The translations under genes were made by a program, and so were the position numbers. DNA of 64,000 bases from positions 23,659 to 87,658 of the forward strand of contig CAVXBC010000001.1 of NCBI GenBank assembly GCA_963759895.1, given 5' to 3'. Each line of letters starts with the position of its first letter. Position 1 is the stretch's first letter. Below the pieces are notes generated by a model that saw nothing but the letters and a program-made list of their open reading frames with translations, was not told where the DNA came from and did no database searches. This document shows, one piece after another, positions 10,786 through 20,322 of this stretch. The stretch comes from an uncultured Alphaproteobacteria bacterium (lineage in GTDB: Bacteria > Pseudomonadota > Alphaproteobacteria > Sphingomonadales > Sphingomonadaceae).

Positions 10786-12348
10786 ATGAACCGCCGCCTT
10801 ACTGCCACGCTGCTGCTTGCGGGCATCGCCTTTGCGCCGCTTGCCGGGCTGCCCGCCCTGCCTGCGAACGCTCAGGAGACCGTCGTTCCCAGTCGCGACA
10901 TCGCCCTGTCGATCGGACGCGGAGAGCTGATCAACGTCCCCGGCACGATGGCCGACGTGTTCGTCGCCAACGACAGCGTCGCCGACGTGCAGATCAAGTC
11001 GGAACACCAGCTGTTTCTGTTCGGCAAGGCCGGCGGGGTGACCACGATCTATGCCAGCAACAAGGCCGGCGCCGTCATCTGGTCTGCCAATGTACGCGTC
11101 GGATCGAACATCGACAGCGTCGACCAGATGCTGAACCTCGCGATGCCCGAGGCGAAGATCAACGTGAACACGATGGGCACCAACACCTTCCTGCTGACCG
11201 GCACCGTTGCCGCGCCCGAAGATGCCGCCGAGGCCGAGCGCCTGGTGCAGGCCTTCGTCGGCGAGGAAGCCAACGTCATCAGCCGGCTGAAGACGGCCAC
11301 TCCGTTGCAGGTCAACCTGCAGGTCAAATTCGCGGAAGTCAGCCGTTCGCTGGTTCGTGCGCTGGGGGCCAACCTCCAGACCGTCGACAACACCGGCGGC
11401 TTCAAGTTCGGTGTGACCACCGGTCGCGGTCCGACTACGGCCTACACGCCTGGCAGCCCCGGCGGCCTCGGCGTGGGCTTCACTGCCGCGCCGCCGAATG
11501 GCAGCCTGGTGACCGGCACCGGTAAAGGCTCGACGCTCGGCCTGTTCGGCAAGCTGCTTGGCCTCGATATCGCCAGCGCGCTCGACATGGCCGAAACGGT
11601 TGGCCTCGTGACCACCCTGTCGCAGCCCAACCTGACCGCACTTTCGGGCGAAACCGCCGACTTCCTTGCCGGCGGCGAATTCCCCATCCCGATCAGCCAG
11701 GGCCTCGGCTCGACCTCGATCGAATACAAGAAGTACGGCGTCAGCCTCGCCTACACTCCGACGGTGCTCGCCAACGGCCGCATCTCGTTGCGGGTGCGCC
11801 CCGAAGTGTCCGAAGTGTCGAGCCAGAACTCGGTCACGCTCAACGGCTTCCAGATCCCCGCGCTGACCACGCGACGCGCCGAAACGACTATCGAGCTTGG
11901 CAGCGGCCAAAGCTTCATGATCGCCGGCTTGCTGAGCAACAACTCGCAGAACGCGATCGACAAGACCCCCGGCGTGGGTGACCTGCCAATCCTGGGCAAC
12001 CTGTTCCGCTCGTCCAACTACCGCAAGGGCGAAACCGAGTTGGTGATCGTTGTCACTCCGTACCTGGTCAACCCGGTCAACGGATCGGACATCAAGCTGC
12101 CGACCGACGGGTTCAATGCGCCGAACGAAGCGGCTCGTCTGTTCGGCATGCAGGAATCGGCCAGCGGGATCAGCAACCAGCCGTTGCCGACCGCTGCGCA
12201 GGGATCCGTGCCCACCGGCCCCGCGATCTCGTACGCCCAGCCCGACGCCGCGCTCCCGAGCCAGGCGGGCATGACCGACAAGAAACGCCGCAAGCAGCAC
12301 CGCGCCAGCAATGACGCGCCTGCCGCCCCCGGCTTCAGCTTCAACTGA
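10786..12348 (+). CDS. cpaC: Tad secretin CpaC (type II/III secretion system secretin family)
   Basis: ORF 10705..12348(+). Start set to ATG 10786 (MNRRLTATLLLAGIAFAPLAG...ANAQ signal peptide). Secretin core: LSQPNLTALSGETADFLAGGEFPIP, TPGVGDLPILGNLFRS, ELVIVVTPYLV. Confidence 0.88.
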   Translation: MNRRLTATLLLAGIAFAPLAGLPALPANAQETVVPSRDIALSIGRGELINVPGTMADVFVANDSVADVQIKSEHQLFLFGKAGGVTTIYASNKAGAVIWSANVRVGSNIDSVDQMLNLAMPEAKINVNTMGTNTFLLTGTVAAPEDAAEAERLVQAFVGEEANVISRLKTATPLQVNLQVKFAEVSRSLVRALGANLQTVDNTGGFKFGVTTGRGPTTAYTPGSPGGLGVGFTAAPPNGSLVTGTGKGSTLGLFGKLLGLDIASALDMAETVGLVTTLSQPNLTALSGETADFLAGGEFPIPISQGLGSTSIEYKKYGVSLAYTPTVLANGRISLRVRPEVSEVSSQNSVTLNGFQIPALTTRRAETTIELGSGQSFMIAGLLSNNSQNAIDKTPGVGDLPILGNLFRSSNYRKGETELVIVVTPYLVNPVNGSDIKLPTDGFNAPNEAARLFGMQESASGISNQPLPTAAQGSVPTGPAISYAQPDAALPSQAGMTDKKRRKQHRASNDAPAAPGFSFN

Positions 12349-12361
12349 GGAAAGGCGAGAG

Positions 12362-13021
12362 ATGATCACCAAACGCAAACTTGCGGGCGCTCTGGCCCTT
12401 TCGCTCGGCATCGCGCTGACTGGGTGCAATTCGCCCGCCTCGGTGAGCAACCGCTCGCTCTATTCGGTGAAGCAGCCGGTGGTTTCGCGGACGAGCTACG
12501 TGCTCGACGTGGCGACCAGCTACGACGGGCTGACGGTCCCCGAACAGCAGCGCCTATCGGGCTGGTTCGACACGATGGACCTTCGCTACGGTGACCGGCT
12601 GTCGATCGAGGATCCCCAGGCCAGCGGCGCGACCCGTGAAACGATCGCACGCATCGCGGCACGCCACGGCTTGCTGCTGTCGGACGGAGCCCCGGTCACC
12701 GAAGGCTTCCTGCAGCCGGGCACCGCACGGGTGGTCATCACCCGCTCGACCGCCAGTGTTCCCGGATGCCCTGACTGGGGCAAGCACAGCGACCTGAATT
12801 ACGCCAATGCCACTTCGCCCGGCTACGGCTGCGCGGTCAACGGCAACCTGGCGGCGATGGTCGCCAATCCGGAAGACCTGCTGGCTGGCCAGGCCGGCAC
12901 CGGCGAAACCGTAATCATGAGCTCGACCAAGGCGATCGAGACATATCGCGAAAAGGCCAACACCGGAGCCGGAGAGCTGAAGGCTTCCGGCACGGCAGCC
13001 GGCGGAAGCGGAGGGAACTGA
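12362..13021 (+). CDS. cpaD: Pilus assembly lipoprotein CpaD
   Basis: ORF 12311..13021(+). Start set to ATG 12362 (MITKRKLAGALALSLGIALTGC lipobox). The CpaD-type C-terminal region VPGCPDWGK...GYGCAVNGNLAAMVANPEDLL is present. Confidence 0.75.
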   Translation: MITKRKLAGALALSLGIALTGCNSPASVSNRSLYSVKQPVVSRTSYVLDVATSYDGLTVPEQQRLSGWFDTMDLRYGDRLSIEDPQASGATRETIARIAARHGLLLSDGAPVTEGFLQPGTARVVITRSTASVPGCPDWGKHSDLNYANATSPGYGCAVNGNLAAMVANPEDLLAGQAGTGETVIMSSTKAIETYREKANTGAGELKASGTAAGGSGGN

Positions 13022-13025
13022 CGTC

Positions 13026-14303
13026 ATGAATGCCCCCTGGAAAACCGGTCTTGGCGGACGCGATCCGTTTGCCGCCTTCATTTGCGACGAAACCGCGCTC
13101 GACACGCTGCGCCCGGTCGTCATCGAAATGGGCTGGCAGCCCGAAAAGTGCGCCAAGGGCGGGCTGCGAAATGCGGTCCAGTCGCTTTCCGTAGCCGCCA
13201 GTCCGAACATTCTGATGGTCGACTTGTCGGAGAGCGGCGATCCGCTGAACGACATCAATGCGCTCGCCGAGGTGTGCGAACCGGGCACGGTGGTGATCGC
13301 CATCGGCCAGGTCAACGACGTGCGCCTCTATCGCGACCTCGTCGCGAGCGGGATCCACGACTACCTGCTCAAGCCGCTGTCTGCGAGCCAGTTGCGCGAT
13401 GCCCTCAACCACGCGCAGGCGGTGTTCGCCGCGCCCAAGGCCAACGATCCGGATGCCGCCAAGCGCCACATCTCGACCGCTGTCGTGGGCACTCGTGGCG
13501 GAGTCGGCGCGTCGACCCTGGCAACCTCGCTGGCGTGGTTGTTTTCGGCCGATCACAAGATGCCGACAGCGCTGCTCGATCTCGACGTCCACTTCGGCAC
13601 CGGCGCGCTGTCGCTCGATCTCGAGCCGGGCCGCGGGTTGACCGATGCGATCGACAACCCGAGCCGCATCGACGGCCTGTTCATCGAACGGGCGATGATC
13701 CGGGCGAACGACAATCTTGCGATCCTGTCGGCCGAGGCACCGATCAATTCACCCCTGATGACCGACGGCAGCGCCTTCGTTCAGCTGGAGGAGGAATTTC
13801 GCCACGCGTTCGAGATGACCGTCATCGATCTTCCGCGCAACATGCTGATCAACTTCCCGCATCTTTTGGCTGACGTCAACGTGGTGGTCCTGGCCACCGA
13901 GATGACGCTGGCTAGCGCGCGCGACACGATCCGCATCCTGAGCTGGCTCAAGACCAACGCCGCGCATGCGCAGCCGGTCATCGTGGCCAACAAGGTCCAG
14001 ACCGGGATCGCCGAGATCAGCAAGGCCGATTTCGAAGCCTCGATCGAGCGCAAGATCGATTTCCAGGTGCCCTACGACCTCAAGGCGGCGGCCAACGCCG
14101 CGAAGCTCGGCCAGACTTTCGCCGACGCCAACCGCGCGAGCAAGGCAAGCCAGGCGATCCGCCAGCTTGCCGAGCGCGTGATCGGAGCCAGCGACGAAGC
14201 GGCGGTCGAGGGTCCGGTGGGCAAGAAGTCGCTTCTGGGCAGCTTCGACCTGAAGTCGCTGCTGGCGAAAAAGGACAAGGCCCCCGCGCGAGCGGATGCC
14301 TGA
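13026..14303 (+). CDS. cpaE: Pilus assembly protein CpaE/TadZ (ParA/MinD-like ATPase with an N-terminal receiver-like domain)
   Basis: ORF 13026..14303(+). Deviant Walker A VVGTRGGVGASTLATSLA. N-terminal pseudo-receiver (ILMVDLSESGDPL...DYLLKPL). Position after cpaD. Confidence 0.85.
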   Translation: MNAPWKTGLGGRDPFAAFICDETALDTLRPVVIEMGWQPEKCAKGGLRNAVQSLSVAASPNILMVDLSESGDPLNDINALAEVCEPGTVVIAIGQVNDVRLYRDLVASGIHDYLLKPLSASQLRDALNHAQAVFAAPKANDPDAAKRHISTAVVGTRGGVGASTLATSLAWLFSADHKMPTALLDLDVHFGTGALSLDLEPGRGLTDAIDNPSRIDGLFIERAMIRANDNLAILSAEAPINSPLMTDGSAFVQLEEEFRHAFEMTVIDLPRNMLINFPHLLADVNVVVLATEMTLASARDTIRILSWLKTNAAHAQPVIVANKVQTGIAEISKADFEASIERKIDFQVPYDLKAAANAAKLGQTFADANRASKASQAIRQLAERVIGASDEAAVEGPVGKKSLLGSFDLKSLLAKKDKAPARADA

Positions 14304-14370
14304 TCGATAGCGTCGCGGCTCCCCCCGGGGCCGCGGCGCTTTCGCGCGATTTGAGGAAGGCGGGAGCGTA

Positions 14371-15342
14371 ATGAGCATTTTCCAGTTGCTGCTGCTTGCC
14401 GGTGGGCTGATGGGCGTCCTGGTGCTCGGCTATGCCGCGCTGTCGGGGCCTTCGGTCGCCAAGGAAGGCAACCGCCGGCTCCAGGCGGTCCGCTATCGTC
14501 ACTCCGAAAGCACGGACACCAAGGTCGAATCCCAGCTCAAGAAGGCCATCGCCGCGCGCAAGCCCAAGACCTTCAAGGTCGCCGGCTCGGGCTCGCGCAT
14601 GGACGCCTTGGCAATTCGCCTGAACCGCAGCGGCAAGCCATGGACGCTGACGCAGTACTTTTACGCCAGCGGCGGCATCGCGCTGGTGTTTGCATTGGTC
14701 ATCTTTCTGCGCACGGGCGCCCCGATGCTATCGCTGGGCATCGGCCTGTTCGTAGGCGCGGGTTTCCCGCACATGGCGGTCAACTTCTTCATCAAGCGGC
14801 GCACCAACAAGTTCAACACCAAGTTCCCGGATGCGATCGAGTTGCTCGTTCGCGGTCTGCGCTCGGGCCTCCCGGTGACCGAGACGCTCACTGTCGTCGC
14901 GACCGAGATCGAGGGTCCGGTGGGCGAGGAATTCAAGTCGATCACCGACCGGATCCGGGTCGGGCGGACGATGGAGGACGCGCTCCAGGCTACCGCAGAC
15001 CGGCTCGGGATTCCGGAATTCAACTTCTTCTGCATCACCCTCGCGATCCAGCGCGAGACCGGCGGCAACCTGGCCGAAACGCTGTCGAACCTCGCCGACG
15101 TGCTGCGCAAGCGTAGCCAGATGAAGCTCAAGATCCGCGCGATGAGTTCGGAATCGAAGGCTTCAGCCTACATCGTGGGGTCGCTGCCGTTCATCGTGTT
15201 CATCATGATCTGGTGGATCAACCCGGGCTACCTGTCGGGCTTCTTCTCCGAAGATCGCCTGATCGTGGCCGGCCTCGGCGGCATGGGCTGGATGGGTCTG
15301 GGCGTGTTCATCATGGCCAAGATGGTCAGCTTCGAAATCTGA
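14371..15342 (+). CDS. tadB: Tad inner-membrane platform protein TadB (type II secretion system F family)
   Basis: ORF 14371..15342(+). T2SS-F domain (FPDAIELLVRGLRSGLPVTETL...) with N- and C-terminal TM helices. Confidence 0.85.
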   Translation: MSIFQLLLLAGGLMGVLVLGYAALSGPSVAKEGNRRLQAVRYRHSESTDTKVESQLKKAIAARKPKTFKVAGSGSRMDALAIRLNRSGKPWTLTQYFYASGGIALVFALVIFLRTGAPMLSLGIGLFVGAGFPHMAVNFFIKRRTNKFNTKFPDAIELLVRGLRSGLPVTETLTVVATEIEGPVGEEFKSITDRIRVGRTMEDALQATADRLGIPEFNFFCITLAIQRETGGNLAETLSNLADVLRKRSQMKLKIRAMSSESKASAYIVGSLPFIVFIMIWWINPGYLSGFFSEDRLIVAGLGGMGWMGLGVFIMAKMVSFEI

Positions 15343-15355
15343 GACGGACGCACCC

Positions 15356-16363
15356 ATGATCAGCAACGCACCCGGACCCACGCTTCTCGGCTTCGACGTC
15401 ATCCTAGTCGGGACGCTGCTGGCCGCCGTCGCCGCCTTTGCGGTGATCATGGCGATCTATGCCGCAGTGACCGTCAAGGACCCCATGGCCAAGCGCGTCA
15501 AGGCGCTTGCCGCGCGACGCGACGAGCTCAAGGCCGGGATCATCAAGACCAACGCGCGCAAGCGCGGCACGCTGATGCGGCGCAGCGATTCGACCGACAA
15601 GGTCAAGGAAACGCTGGCGAGCATGAAGGTGCTCCAGCAGAGCCAGCTGGAAAACATCCAGCAGAAGCTCGCCTGGGCCGGTTACCGCAACAAGGAACTC
15701 GCGGTTTACGTGATCGGCGCGCGCGCCATCCTGCCGATCGTGACCGGGGTGCTCGCAGTCCTCCTCATCTATGTGCTCAACTTCTTTCCCGAATGGGGCA
15801 GCCTGAAGCGCATTTTCGCGCTCTCGGCAGCGGTGGGGCTGGGCTACAAGGGGCCCGAGATCTTCCTCAAGAACAAGGCCAACAAGCGCACCGACCTGGT
15901 TCGCAAGGGCCTGCCTGACGCACTCGACTTGCTGGTGATCTGCGCCGAGGCCGGCCTGACAGTCGATGCGGCATTCAACCGCGTGGCGAAGGAACTGGGC
16001 CGCGCCTACCCCGAGCTGGGCGACGAATTCGCGCTCACCGCGATCGAACTGTCGTTCCTCAACGAACGGCGGATGGCGTTCGAAAATCTCGCCTACCGGG
16101 TGAACCTGGATTCGGTGAAGGGGGTCGTCACCACGATGATCCAGACCGAACGCTACGGTACCCCGCTGGCGAGCGCCTTGCGCGTGTTGTCGGCCGAATT
16201 CCGGAACGAGCGCATGATGCGCGCCGAGGAAAAGGCCGCGCGCCTGCCGGCGATCATGACCGTGCCGCTGATCCTGTTCATTCTGCCGACGCTGTTCATC
16301 GTCATTTTGGGACCGGCGGCCTGCTCGATCAGCGACGCCTTCGCGGCCAAGCCGGGGCAGTAG
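15356..16363 (+). CDS. tadC: Tad inner-membrane platform protein TadC (type II secretion system F family)
   Basis: ORF 15356..16363(+). T2SS-F domain (LPDALDLLVICAEAGLTVDAAF...). A paralogue of the preceding gene. Confidence 0.85.
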   Translation: MISNAPGPTLLGFDVILVGTLLAAVAAFAVIMAIYAAVTVKDPMAKRVKALAARRDELKAGIIKTNARKRGTLMRRSDSTDKVKETLASMKVLQQSQLENIQQKLAWAGYRNKELAVYVIGARAILPIVTGVLAVLLIYVLNFFPEWGSLKRIFALSAAVGLGYKGPEIFLKNKANKRTDLVRKGLPDALDLLVICAEAGLTVDAAFNRVAKELGRAYPELGDEFALTAIELSFLNERRMAFENLAYRVNLDSVKGVVTTMIQTERYGTPLASALRVLSAEFRNERMMRAEEKAARLPAIMTVPLILFILPTLFIVILGPAACSISDAFAAKPGQ

Positions 16364-16384
16364 CCGCACGACCCCGGCGGGCCT

Positions 16385-16870
16385 TCAATCGACCCCGCCG
16401 TCCGTCGCCTCGCCTCCCAGTTCGCCCGCCGCGTCGCGCAGGCGCGCGAGCAGCTGGGCAAAGGTGGTGCGGTCGGCGGCCGAGAAATTCTCGAACAGCT
16501 GTTCTTCCATCGACAGCGCGAGCGGCATGATCTGGGCGTGCATCGCTTTGCCGGCGTCGGTCAGTCCAAGATGGTGCGAGCGGCCGTCGCGCGCGTTCGC
16601 GGTGCGAGCGGCGAGACCGCGATCCTCGAGCCCCTTGCACGCGCGATTGACCGCCACCTTGTCCATCAGCGTCGCGCCGGTCAGCGCACGCTGGGTAAGC
16701 GGACCGGAATCGCCGAGTACCGCCATAACCCGCCATTCGGGAATCCGCAGGCCGAAGCGCGTGCGGTAGACCTCAGCCACCCGCGTACTGACCGCGTTCG
16801 AGGTGACCGACATGAGGTATGGCAGAAAGTCCGCCAGCCGTCCCGGTTTCGCTTGGTTGTCCGTCATCAC
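16385..16870 (-). CDS. MarR family transcriptional regulator
   Basis: ORF 16385..16870(-). Winged-helix region EWRVMAVLGDSGPLTQRALTGATLMDKVAVNRACKGLEDRGLAAR...DGRSHHLGLTDAG is typical MarR. Last gene of the minus-strand thiolase/dehydrogenase/hydratase operon. Confidence 0.85.
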   Translation of the reverse strand: MMTDNQAKPGRLADFLPYLMSVTSNAVSTRVAEVYRTRFGLRIPEWRVMAVLGDSGPLTQRALTGATLMDKVAVNRACKGLEDRGLAARTANARDGRSHHLGLTDAGKAMHAQIMPLALSMEEQLFENFSAADRTTFAQLLARLRDAAGELGGEATDGGVD

Positions 16871-16922
16871 GGAAAGTTTCTACGGTAACCGATGGCCATG
16901 GCAAGCCACTCGCGCTGGCCAA

Positions 16923-17796
16923 TCACTCGTATTCGGGCTGATCCCACCAGGGATAGAAATCGGGCATGTCACGGCTGACCGTGTCGGGATAGGCCGGCGG
17001 GCGCTTCTGCAGGAAACTGTCGATCCCCTCGCGCGCATCTGCGCTGCGGCTGAGACGGTAGATCGCCCGGCTGTCGACCCGGTGCGCCATCATCGGATGC
17101 GCGGCCCCCGGCAGGCGCCACATCATCGCGCGGGTCATCGCGATCGAGACCGCCGAGGTGTTGTCAGCGATCTCCGCCACCTTGGCCAGCGCTGCATCCA
17201 TCAACGCGCCTTGTGCATGGACCTGAGGACCAGCCCCTTGTCGTACGCCTCGGCAGCATCGAATATCCGCCCGGTCATGCACCATTCGAGTGCCGTCGGC
17301 ACGCCGACGATGCGCGGCAGGAACCAGCTCGACGCCGCTTCGGGGACGATCCCGCGCCGCGCGAAGACGAAGCCATAGCGCGCGTTGTCGGACGCCAGGC
17401 GGATATCCATCGGCAGTTGCATGGTCGATGCCGACACCCACCGCGACCCCGTTGCAGGCGGATATCAACGGCTTCTTGCTGTCGAACAGCCGCAAGGTCA
17501 GCCGCCCGCCCCCGTCGCGCACGCGCTCGTCCGACAGGTCCTCGACCGGGTTGAGGATCGGAGAACACATGGCCGCCGCCTTCCGGCGTCAGGTCGGCGC
17601 CGGCGCAGAATGCCCGCTCGCCACTGCCGGTGAACACCACCGCCCGCACCGCGTCGTCAGCATCGGCCTCGTCGATTGCGGCGATGATCTCGTCCATCAT
17701 CGTCCGCGTGAAGGCGTTCATCTTTTCCGGGCGATTGAGCGTGATGACCGCCGCCGGCCCGTGCCGGTCGTACTTGATCTGGCTGTATCCGCTCAT
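16923..17796 (-). pseudogene. Enoyl-CoA hydratase (crotonase family) interrupted by three frameshifts (pseudogene or sequencing errors)
   Basis: One crotonase is split over three minus-strand frames. ORF 17275..17796 gives the N-terminus (ITLNRPEKMNAF...FCAGADL). ORF 16923..17570 gives RDGGGRLTLRLFDSKKPLISACNGVAVGVG and later the C-terminus (AEIADNTSAVSIAMTRAMMWR...). ORF 17201..17437 gives the middle (STMQLPMDIRLASDNARYGFVFARRGIVPEAASSWFLPRIVG). Frame switches lie near 17555-17572, about 17430 and about 17219-17223. Confidence 0.75.
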
Positions 17797-17951
17797 CTCG
17801 TGTCGCCTTCCTCGCGCTCAAAAGTCAGTCAAAGTTCACCCGAAATTCGCATTCACCGCCTACGCGCGTAACACGCCCAAGGTATCGCGCGATCACTCCG
17901 CTCCGGTGCGGGGAGCGGGGTTAGCGTAGGGGCCTCGGTGTAGGAAAGCGC

Positions 17952-18735
17952 TTAGCGCGGCGCCATGCGGATCGCGCCGTCCAGCCGCACGTCCTCGCCG
18001 TTGAAATACCCGCATTCGATCATCGTCATCGCGAGCATGGCGTATTCCTCGGCGTTGCCGAGCCGCTTGGGGAACGGCACGCTGGCGGCCAGCGCTTCCT
18101 TCACGGCGTCGGGCGCCGCGTTCATCAGCGGGGTGTTGAAAATGCCCGGCAGGATCGTGTTGACCCGGATGCCTTCGCTCATCAGATCGCGCGCGATCGG
18201 CAGGGTCATGCCGACCACCCCGCCCTTCGATGCCGAATAGGCGGCCTGGCCCATCTGGCCGTCTTCGGCCGCAACGGACGCAGTGTTGACGATCGCGCCG
18301 CGCTCGCCGTCCTGCCATCGGGTCGAGCGTCAGCATCCCGGCGGCCGACTTGGCGATGCAGCGGAAGGTGCCGACCAGGTTGATCTGGATGATCCAGTTG
18401 AACGCATCGAGCGGGAAATGCTTGATGCTGCCGTCGGTCTTCGAACGGCTGGCGGTCTTGATCGCGTTGCCGGTGCCTGCGCAATTGACCAGGATGCGTT
18501 CCTGCCCGTGCGCGGCGCGCGCCTTTTCGAAGCCGGCGTCGACCGAGGCATCGTCAGTCACGTTGACCTCGCAGAACACCCCGCCGATCTCGCGCGCGAC
18601 TTCCTCGCCCTTTTCGGCCTGCAGGTCGAAGATGGCGACTTTCGCACCCTTGGCGGCGAGCGCGCGGGCGGTCGCCGCGCCAAGGCCCGATGCGCCTCCG
18701 GTGACCACTGCGGCGGTGTTGCTGTCGACGTTCAT
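17952..18735 (-). pseudogene. 3-hydroxyacyl-CoA dehydrogenase, SDR family (HSD17B10-like), interrupted by one frameshift
   Basis: ORF 17893..18735 gives the N-terminal half (VVTGGASGLGAATARAL...NLVGTF). The catalytic half continues in another frame: hand translation gives [31 protein letters not shown], joining ORF 17952..18254 (...[12 protein letters not shown]). The switch is near 18311-18316. Confidence 0.75.
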
Positions 18736-18826
18736 GGATAATCCTCTCGTGATCGTGGTGGGGTCGGACCGTTCTGCTGCCCGGAAGGCTTCGATGCCTG
18801 GAAGGTTGGCCGGAAGGCTTCGATGG

Positions 18827-19999
18827 CTAGAGGGCCTCGATGATGGTGACGTTGGCGACCCCGCCGCCTTCGCACATCGTCTGCAGCCCGTATTTCTTGC
18901 CGCGCGCGTGCAGTGCGTTGAGCAGGGTCGACATCAGTTTGGTGCCGCTGGCACCCAGCGGGTGGCCCAGTGCGATCGCGCCGCCGTTGACGTTGAGCCG
19001 TTCCGGGTCGGCCCCGGTGTGCTTCAGCCAGGCCAGCGGGACGCAGGCGAATGCCTCGTTGACTTCGTAAAGGTCGATATCGCCGATCTTGAGCCCGGCG
19101 CGCGCGAGCGCCTTGTCGGTCGCGAACAGCGGTTCTTCGAGCATGATGACCGGGTCGCCCGCTGTCACCGTCAAGGTATGGATGCGCGCGCGCGGGGTCA
19201 GGCCGAATTCCTTGAGTGCGGTCTCGGAAACGATCAGCGCCGCGCTCGATCCGTCGCAGATCTGGCTGGATGTCGCAGCGGTCAACTTGCCGCCTTCGCG
19301 CAGCAGTTTGACCCCGGCGATGCTTTCCGGCGTCGCGTCGAAGCGGATGCCCTCGTCGACCGTGTGCTGGGCCTCGCCTTCGGATGTCTGGATGGTGACG
19401 GGAACGATCTCGCGTTGAAAGGCCCCGCTTTCGGTGGCCTCGATCGCCTTGCGGTGGCTTTCGTAGGCGAACCGGTCGAGGTCTTCCTTCGAGAAGCCAT
19501 ACTTGTCGGCGATCATCTCCGCGCCGGCGAACTGCGACCACATCACGCCGGGATATTTCGCCTCGAGCCCGGGCGACTTGTAGTGGCCCATACCCTCTTT
19601 CATATGGAAGGTGGCGCTGGTGCCCATGGGCACGCGCGTCATGCTCTCAATCCCGGCCGCGATCACGGCGTCCTGCGTGCCGCTCATCACCGCCTGGGCG
19701 GCGAACTGGATCGCCTGCTGGGAAGATCCGCACTGTCGATCGATAGTCACCGCGGGCGTCGATTGCGGAAGCAGCTTGCTTGCCAGCACCGCCATCCGGC
19801 CGACCTGCATCGCCTGTTCGCCGGCCTGGGTCACACAGCCCATCACCACATCGTCGACCCGCGATGGATCGATACCCGTGCGGCCGACCAGCGCATCGAG
19901 CGAGGCGGCGGCAAGATCGACCGGATGGACACTCGCAAGACGACCGCCGCGGCGGCCCCCGGCGGTGCGAACGGCATCGACGATATAAGCGGCGGACAT
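18827..19999 (-). CDS. Acetyl-CoA C-acyltransferase (thiolase)
   Basis: ORF 18827..20014(-). Thiolase motifs: QCGSSQQAI (active-site Cys), NVNGGAIALGHPLGASG, CEGGGVANVTIIE. Start set to ATG 19999 (MSAAYIVDAVRTA), preceded by GGAAAGA; 20014 is an alternative. Confidence 0.9.
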   Translation of the reverse strand: MSAAYIVDAVRTAGGRRGGRLASVHPVDLAAASLDALVGRTGIDPSRVDDVVMGCVTQAGEQAMQVGRMAVLASKLLPQSTPAVTIDRQCGSSQQAIQFAAQAVMSGTQDAVIAAGIESMTRVPMGTSATFHMKEGMGHYKSPGLEAKYPGVMWSQFAGAEMIADKYGFSKEDLDRFAYESHRKAIEATESGAFQREIVPVTIQTSEGEAQHTVDEGIRFDATPESIAGVKLLREGGKLTAATSSQICDGSSAALIVSETALKEFGLTPRARIHTLTVTAGDPVIMLEEPLFATDKALARAGLKIGDIDLYEVNEAFACVPLAWLKHTGADPERLNVNGGAIALGHPLGASGTKLMSTLLNALHARGKKYGLQTMCEGGGVANVTIIEAL

Positions 20000-20322
20000 C
20001 GCAGTTCTTTCCATTACCCAGGTTGCAGATCGCTACTGGTTTACGCTCGCGTAAGGTGCCGTACGCTGGCAGTCAAGAACCGTGCCCGCTACCACGATAA
20101 TGCCGCTGGCCCGCTTCAAACCCCCAATTTTGCGCTGTGGCACCAGAGCCACATCGACATTCCAATTCCGCCCATCACGCGCTTTACCGTTGCAGCCGGT
20201 AAACGGTTGCCGCATTTCGCCCGAGCCTTCTGAGATGAGCGACCGTGGTCGTGCACCTGCCAGAAGCAAATCTTACAGACGGATGCCGCCAAGGCGTTCG
20301 CTATCAAGGGGACGAAATTCCA

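Noticed and set aside
10450-12450. 666-aa minus-strand ORF opposite cpaC
   Set aside because: Same reasoning. The secretin on the plus strand has clear family motifs, whereas the antisense translation is low-complexity and Arg/Gly/Ala-rich.
20015-20322. Possible cobalamin or other riboswitch upstream of TBDR1
   Set aside because: I found no B12-box-like element or other recognisable riboswitch core by eye. A covariance-model scan would be needed to exclude one.
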